Assembly: GCA_004764695.1 (NCBI GenBank)
Contig: SMSO01000014.1
Coordinates: 615,648 to 679,647 of the forward strand
Direction of reading: 5' to 3'
DNA from: Schizochytrium sp. TIO01
Lineage: Eukaryota; Protista; Bigyra: Labyrinthulomycetes
DNA: 64,000 nucleotides
Shown here in pieces: positions 57,362 through 64,000 of this stretch; within the stretch, counting starts at the first letter, position 1, and each line of letters opens with the position of its first letter. The translations under genes were made by a program, and so were the position numbers. Under the pieces are notes generated by a model that did no database searches, was not told where the DNA came from, and was given only the letters and a program-made list of their open reading frames with translations.

Positions 57362-59479
57362 ATGCGTGGCAGCGATGCCTTTCCCAGAGGTGCCGCGGCA
57401 GAAGAGTCTGGCCAAAAACCACCTCGACGAAGCCAGAAGTCGAGGCCTAGGCACGTGAGCAGACCGAAGCACAATGCCTCGCAGGAAAACCAAGGCACAC
57501 AAAGCACAACGTGCGTTAGGAAGAGTAGCGGGGGCAGGGGCCATCGTAGGTCTCAAAGGGGGCGCAAGAACTTCATAGCTAGCTTGCAGACGTCCAATGT
57601 GCCAGAACGTAACCAGACAGGCGAGCCAATCACATCTAGCAAAGCTTCTATAAAGCAAAAAGACCATTCATACGAATGTCAGAAGCAGAGACTTCAAGAT
57701 GTCAATCATTTATGTTCAAGTGGTGATGGTTCTTGTCGAGTTGCAAACAAATCAATTGAAATTACACGAAAGCAACTAGGAGGCCCAAGTCAACTGCAAA
57801 TACTCTCGGAGCCACTTCTTGCACACATCGTGTCCTATCTCGGTGAAATTCGGGATATTAGATCACTGAGAAGCACGTGCAATGCCTGTCTTGAGGCTGT
57901 AGTTCGTAATAGAGATGCATCTCTGATTGTCACTGGTCGGCATTCTGTAGAACATTGGAGTAAGATCAACCTTTCTTTCTTTGGAAAACAGTTTCGATTC
58001 CTCTCAATGCAAGTTTGTAATATTCCTTTGGATATATTCAACACCATGATCGAACGCCATTCCACAACGTTGCGTGGGATCGAGATGCTTAAAATTTATA
58101 CGTCTTTGGATACCATCTCACTGCTAACTCGACCCGAACGATATCCTGTGCTTCAAGAATTAAGTAGTCGGGGTCTGCAAGGGGTGAACCAGGTTCAACC
58201 TGAGACGGAACGCAAAATTCTGCATTTACGCAATCAAGGTACGGCATTTTCGTCTCTGTGTGCTGTTTCTCTTGTAAATATGATCCTAAGGGCTCCCTTG
58301 GTGCATGCGTTAATGTCCTGGGGGTGTATTGAAGAGGTTCACTTGGCTGGAAGTGAGATCTGTGATATGGACCAGTTCATGGAGTCCGAGCTTTCTGTTC
58401 CACAGGCAGCTTCTCAACTTCGTTCAATTGAGGCAACTTTTATTGACCAGACGATCATACATGCGCTGATTAGTCGCTTGCAAGGTGCCCAGCCTTGCAT
58501 TGTGAATTATTTGGAGCCAAATTCTGTGCCAAAGAACTGGGGTATTGGCATTGGTCGTCTCTGTGCTCGAAGTGGTGTAATGGCACGTGATAAATACGGG
58601 CGAAGTGTTCTCCATGTTCTGGCGATGGCAAGTAATCAGGAACGGCAACGTTTAAGCGAAGAAATGAGCATGGATGAATATTTTCAGTTACTGTTTCGGC
58701 TTGGAGCAGAGATTGAGCAGCGTGACAACAAATCACGAACAGCGCTGCATGTTGCATGTACCTACAATCAGCCAGCAATACTCCGTGCGCTTTACCATTC
58801 TTGTGAGCGTGGACCCTATAAAATAACTGAGGCAATGCTTTTAAAGACCGTTGGCGGCGAGACGCCTCTTTATGTAGCAGCATTGAAAGGGTTTAGTGAA
58901 ATGGTTCAAATCATGTGCAACTCTTTATCAAGATATGTAGCAGCTGCGCCTTCCACAATTCAGGTTCAAGTTCGCCACGATCTCGTTGAGAGACTTACGA
59001 ATACAGACTTATGGACTCCTCTGCACGGTGCAGCGGTTGGCGGACATATACAGTGCGCTGAGGCTTTGCTTGATTTCGGATTTCATCCTCAAATGAAGAC
59101 ACGAAACGGAGATACCACACTTCATATCGCCAGCTTTGCTGGCCATATTCCAATGCTCCGAACTTTGCTTTCCCGAGGTGGAAAATTGCATGCAAAAGAC
59201 GAGAAGGTTGCGAACAAAGCTCGGCATTCAGAGTGTGCTGATTTCGTTCGAGCAATCTTGGGAGATAAAAGATCTAACCATGTACAAAAAAATGATTCCT
59301 CTCAGCAGCGAGGATCTGGTGCAAATCGCCGACAGCGGCACAAAAATAAACTGCTCAAACAAGGAGATACAGGAAACTCTTTGAGTCGGCGTCAAATTCA
59401 TGCAAAATTCCCTACTCGCTACCAACAAAATCCTGACCAAGAGAGCAATACTCAGCAACGTGAGATAGAGGCCAGGTAA
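57362..59479 (+). CDS. F-box protein with an LRR-like middle region and C-terminal ankyrin repeats
   Basis: F-box-like LQILSEPLLAHIVSYLGEIRDIRSLRSTC. About five ankyrin repeats (GRSVLHVLA, SRTALHVAC, GETPLYVAA, WTPLHGAA, GDTTLHIAS). Basic disordered termini. Confidence 0.82.
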   Translation: MRGSDAFPRGAAAEESGQKPPRRSQKSRPRHVSRPKHNASQENQGTQSTTCVRKSSGGRGHRRSQRGRKNFIASLQTSNVPERNQTGEPITSSKASIKQKDHSYECQKQRLQDVNHLCSSGDGSCRVANKSIEITRKQLGGPSQLQILSEPLLAHIVSYLGEIRDIRSLRSTCNACLEAVVRNRDASLIVTGRHSVEHWSKINLSFFGKQFRFLSMQVCNIPLDIFNTMIERHSTTLRGIEMLKIYTSLDTISLLTRPERYPVLQELSSRGLQGVNQVQPETERKILHLRNQGTAFSSLCAVSLVNMILRAPLVHALMSWGCIEEVHLAGSEICDMDQFMESELSVPQAASQLRSIEATFIDQTIIHALISRLQGAQPCIVNYLEPNSVPKNWGIGIGRLCARSGVMARDKYGRSVLHVLAMASNQERQRLSEEMSMDEYFQLLFRLGAEIEQRDNKSRTALHVACTYNQPAILRALYHSCERGPYKITEAMLLKTVGGETPLYVAALKGFSEMVQIMCNSLSRYVAAAPSTIQVQVRHDLVERLTNTDLWTPLHGAAVGGHIQCAEALLDFGFHPQMKTRNGDTTLHIASFAGHIPMLRTLLSRGGKLHAKDEKVANKARHSECADFVRAILGDKRSNHVQKNDSSQQRGSGANRRQRHKNKLLKQGDTGNSLSRRQIHAKFPTRYQQNPDQESNTQQREIEAR

Positions 59480-60400
59480 TTTCGATAAGGAGGACTGTGA
59501 TAATAGAGGAGCAAAGTTTTATTTCCTTAGTGTTGCTAATTTTCTAATTGCAAGATGCGAGACTCGAAAGAGTGAAGTTAACTGAGTGTTCCTCGAAGCC
59601 ATGTAATTTCCTCGAGTTGTATTTTTAATAAGTCTGTAAAGAAAGATTTCCAGTGCGTGCTTGATCTTAATCGGTATGTTCAGAGGACCAGCTTTTAAAA
59701 AAATCGATTTTGTCTGTTTGTTTTTGCATGTAAGAGTATGAATACCGTGCTTTATGAATTCTTCTTGGCTCATCGAAGAGGTCGCGTGCTACCTAATCCT
59801 GAACTCCCTCAAGACTCGATAGAAAACACCTTCTTTGCTCCACCACACCTATTACACGTCTCTCAACATTAGCAACTCTTAAGCCCATTTCGCTCCTTCC
59901 ACATATCTGCAGCAAACAAAAGCACACGCCGTAAAGCAGCAAAGGTCTCTCGCATGATATTATATTAAGGATTAGCATATTTTTCAGGGACACTAGCTCA
60001 CTCGTGTGATGGCAACAACCAAAAAACAAAACAAGAGAATATGTTGCGCACTAGCATTTAGACACCAAAGCTCCATAAAGAAAGCCAAGGCCTGGTTCAC
60101 GACGTTATGAAGGTATACATTTAAAGATGAGCATTACCAAAGCTAGACTTTTTGCAAACATAAGTGACCCGGACGTACTCGCTTGTTTGTTCTCTCTCTA
60201 TATGAAAGAATATACATAGGCCTATTATTATTATTATTATTATTATACTATGTCAATATTACTATTGCTATTTTAACATAAATTTAAGCTTTAAAAAAAG
60301 TGGAAAGGATAATAAAAATATTGGAAACGAATAGTCTAACCTATCTCACCTATTAATATCTTCTTCAGAAAAAGAAAAGAAAAGAAGAAATCACCAAGGA

Positions 60401-60414
60401 GGGGGGGGGGGGGG
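60401..60414. repeat. G14 homopolymer
   Basis: 14 consecutive G. Confidence 0.9.
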
Positions 60415-63400
60415 TGTAAATACTAAGGTAGTGAGTAGCAGTATCAGGCTGTTAATTACTCTAGATTTTCAGGCGTTGCGGAAAGACGATGGTCAGCAGG
60501 GACAGTCGTGCTGCATAGTATAGAAGGTGGAAATTCACTTTTTAAAACATCAACCTCGTTTACTTAGCAATGGTACGGTGACTCGGACAAGAAGGGAGGG
60601 ACGCTTCTACAGCAAAAGAGGATGTATAGGACGGCCAGTGAAGATCGCAAAGTAATAAAACTTACCACGAGCAGGCCCAAAGTGTTGCCTTGAATGTTTG
60701 TTTACCTTGGCAACTTTAGGTGCGAAAAGGAAAGGCAGGTTTAAAAAGAAATACGAAAGGCTCAAGATTCTGCCATCCTCATAAGGAAAATCTCGCAGAT
60801 TTACCCTCCTGAGTGTTTCTAGAAAGAGCTTTTAGCTACTGGACAGCCTTTTGAATATCCAACGTCCCTCCCGCAAGTGCTAGTAGTGTCTGTCCAGTTC
60901 GGACAATGTTAAGTGAAGAGAACATAAAGTGGGCATCTTCGGAAAGAGGGCATCTTCAGAGTTCCGCCAAAGAGTGTGAGCGCGAGGTGGGTCTCACAAA
61001 TTGGAGAGTCTTTCACTTCTAAAGACTTTGAACAATTGCTTTGAGCTTGGGCAAACGTAAAAATACCCATGGAATGAAAGCGTCCCGGCACTTTAAGTTA
61101 CAACCTTGCTTTGGTCGTTTGGATAAACATGCATGTCGTTGTTTGGGTTTTGTCCAGGTGCTGGTCACCACAAACTTGAACTAAGAACCGGCCGTCCGCG
61201 CGTATGAAATATTATGGTCACTCTCAGTATGCAATATTTGTCTTGCCTCATTCTCAGAAAATTGTTGAAAAGACGGTGACGAATACTTTTAAAGAAATAC
61301 TACTTGTTGATATAAGCTATTATAACTCACGGTTTGGAGAGGCTCAATATCTGCACATGGACAAACGGGCTGGCAATCAGGTAACCGGTTTGGGCGGTTC
61401 GTTTCGGGAATTAACCGAAAGCTTAAGTTGAGCTCGATGCTTAAATCGAGACTAGGTTTTTGCGGGCTTGAGCAGTACATGGTTGGATTATTCTGCTTTT
61501 GCTGTATTGTCTGAGGGGGAAAGATTTATTCTTAAATAATCTGCCAGAGCCCATCAGCTTCACTTTTCGGCTCGTTGTGACCCCACAACACCAATTAACG
61601 AATCTAAAACAATCTCCTAGACTTGCAGCTAGGTATCTGTTAGAAGATACCAAGGACCTCTTCAAGAAATGTTCTGCAGAAGAATGTTTTCTTCTTGTGA
61701 ACTAGCTATCTGCAATACATAAAAGTTGAATACTTTATAAATAAGCTTCAATTACAATGTGCGTAGCTTCGCGATGACTATTGAAGCGATCTGGGTATTT
61801 GGATAGCGAAAAGAAAGGCTCGATTAGAATATCTTGATTTTGGAAAGCGTTGTAAAGTTGATTAGAAAGAGGTGCTTAAAGGGAATTCAAAGATCAACTT
61901 CGGAAAACGATGCGTTTCTCGCTATTAACTGTGTACTAAACAGGATTTCTTAATATGATTTGAAAATACTCAAACCTGAACACGTACATCTTGATACTCC
62001 GTTGATTAGAATAAGTCTCGACTTAAACGACTCTAGCAAATTGTTTTCTTCTGGAACTATGGGAATTCATAGGATCTAAGGGATGGTAGATTGCTCACAT
62101 ATAAGTCCATTATGATGATAGGTACTGGAAATGGTGATAAGCCGAATGAAAATGAAAGCATGTAGGGTATTTAGCAAGAGACCCTAGCCAAAAATGGTTT
62201 CCATAAATGAGTGGCTTAGTGTTTTTCATAAGGGTATGTGCTGTATGTTAACCCCGATCTTGTTGGAAGCTTTTTCATCGTTCAATTCAACCTTGCCACA
62301 CACGTCTCGACGGGATGGAGTTTCTCAGACGAAACTCTTGTTCTTTTTTTTCATTCATTTTCTTTTCTGAAGCGTTTGAGGTAATGGCTATTATTCTATG
62401 TTTAGTTTAAGAACCAGCGAATAATTACAAAGGTCTTTTGCTTGACAAGTCCGAGATATTACAGATACTCATGGGTTTTCGGAAGAATTACAAGAAGCGC
62501 GCGCGTTGATTTTTCAGATTGAAGATCTTCTTTCATATTTGTTTTTATTTTCGTATTTTACAATTTAGCCAGGGACTGAGCAATTGATTATATGTAATGA
62601 TGAATACCTCGAATTCTCAAATGGGTGTCTCAATAAAGTGTGAAAGCTTCCTATCCCCTTGAGCTCATTGATTATTTCGATTGCCTTCAGCCCATATATT
62701 CCCGGAAAGAAGGAAAGGGGGATTGAAGGCTGGCCACCATTTCATCGTTTATCGCATTTTTTACTCTTGAGGAGTTCCGAGAAGTACTTTGCATGTCGTT
62801 TCCCTGAAGACTCAGTGAAAAAATGGTACACTGGCCCTTGACACCTGTGAACAGGCCCGGCCACGCAGAATCCTTTAAAGAAAAATTGCAAAGTTGCTAG
62901 TTAGCAGTATTTGAGAGGATCCTGTCCACAATCATGGTTGGGATGATATCATTGTGCTGGTGCCACTCGTACATTCTGCAGCTTATATTTTCAGCATTAG
63001 CTACTTTTTTTTGTTTGGCCGGAACTAATGAAAATAAACCTGGAAAAAGTATTTCATTTAAAATAAAATAGAAACGAATTTTTGTTTAGTAGTTTGGACA
63101 AATAGTTAATTGTCTAACATAGATTTTTTTTTTAAGGGGGAAAAAAGAAAGAAAAAAACAACTTGACCTAACTTGTTGTGCATACCAACCAGGAGGCCAT
63201 ATGATAGACTATATTTAGATCAATCGAATCAGGAAAAAGGGAACAAAAAAAGAACTCAATTTTTGCTTGTTTTCAAGTTACGATCAGAAAATAGAAGAGA
63301 AGCATTTTTTCTTCTTCTATCCTATCTACGCGGGAATAGATTTCCAAAATAGAAAAAAGTTGATGGTAGCAGTGCTGATCTTCGTATCGATTGAGCTTAA

Positions 63401-64000
63401 ATTATTGGTTCATAGTTGAGTAAATTGATGGTTCCGAAATTATGTAATTCCTGGAGAAAAAAAAAATCAAAGAATAAAATCTAGTACTCAGTGGTACTCG
63501 GTATAAACAATACTTTCAACCTGATTCATGCTCATGATGTATAAATGAGCCACTGGGAAGTAAACTAATGACCTACCTTAATGAGCATATAGAAACCTCC
63601 GAAGTACCTGGGCAGCATATGTAATTAATTTGAAGTCAGACGACTCCTTTTGATCATTTGCACTGCTTAAAAAAAGAGAAACATGTAATTGCAGAGATAG
63701 GCTCTATATAAAAATAAAACATAGTTCTTTATCAAGTTTTGAGTCTTTTATTCGTGTATGGAAGCTTATCATATCCTTCTTAAAATTTATGGAGAAAGAG
63801 AGAGAGAGAGAGAGAGAAAGGGAAAAAGAGAACTTGCTGTGATTGTTTTCTTGGTAGTGAAGGCTTGATTGAGTAGCTTGCTTGGGATCCTGAGCACAGA
63901 GAAGAAGCTAGAAATAAAGGTAATAAAATAGAACAGCTTATTGCCAAGGACCAAAGAAAAGGAGGAAGCTATATCTTCCTTTCAGTGATTCTTTCTTTAT

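Noticed and set aside
63895-63915. ACAGAGAAGA resembling the U6 ACAGAGA box
   Set aside because: The flanking U6 sequence (TTAGCATGG etc.) is absent.
1-64000. tRNA, rRNA, transposase, reverse transcriptase or viral hallmark genes
   Set aside because: No such motifs were recognised by eye or in the ORF track; a tRNAscan/Infernal/RepeatMasker run would be needed to exclude them formally.

Overview
Intron-poor eukaryotic genomic window. It is probably from a stramenopile protist of thraustochytrid type (inference from near-intronless genes, microsatellite-rich intergenic DNA, CDPK-type kinases and plant-HAC-like CBP proteins that keep a bromodomain). Thirteen protein-coding genes are supported, in this order: a disordered candidate eIF4E-binding protein (+); a Tim17/22/23-family protein (-) head-to-head with a metaxin (+); a two-exon CDP-diacylglycerol synthase (-); an atypical G-protein alpha subunit (+); two tandem CBP/p300-type acetyltransferases (+) flanking a bacterial-like TrxB/GliT-type flavoprotein (+); a second Tim17-family protein (-); two tandem myristoylated CDPK-related kinases with degenerate EF-hands (+); FIBP (-); and an F-box/ankyrin protein (+). 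Three genes show an apparent single-base +1 frame break, most simply assembly errors. The one in CBP copy A falls exactly between the reader modules and the HAT domain. No tRNA, rRNA, CRISPR array or recognisable transposase/RT was found. The best leads are the asymmetric CBP pair with its inserted oxidoreductase, the G-alpha lacking the usual beta-gamma-binding surfaces, the candidate 4E-binding protein, and non-coding structure upstream of the CBP genes (intron-like signals, CTAG clusters, (GATC)n runs). I cannot demonstrate a new multi-gene system from sequence alone.
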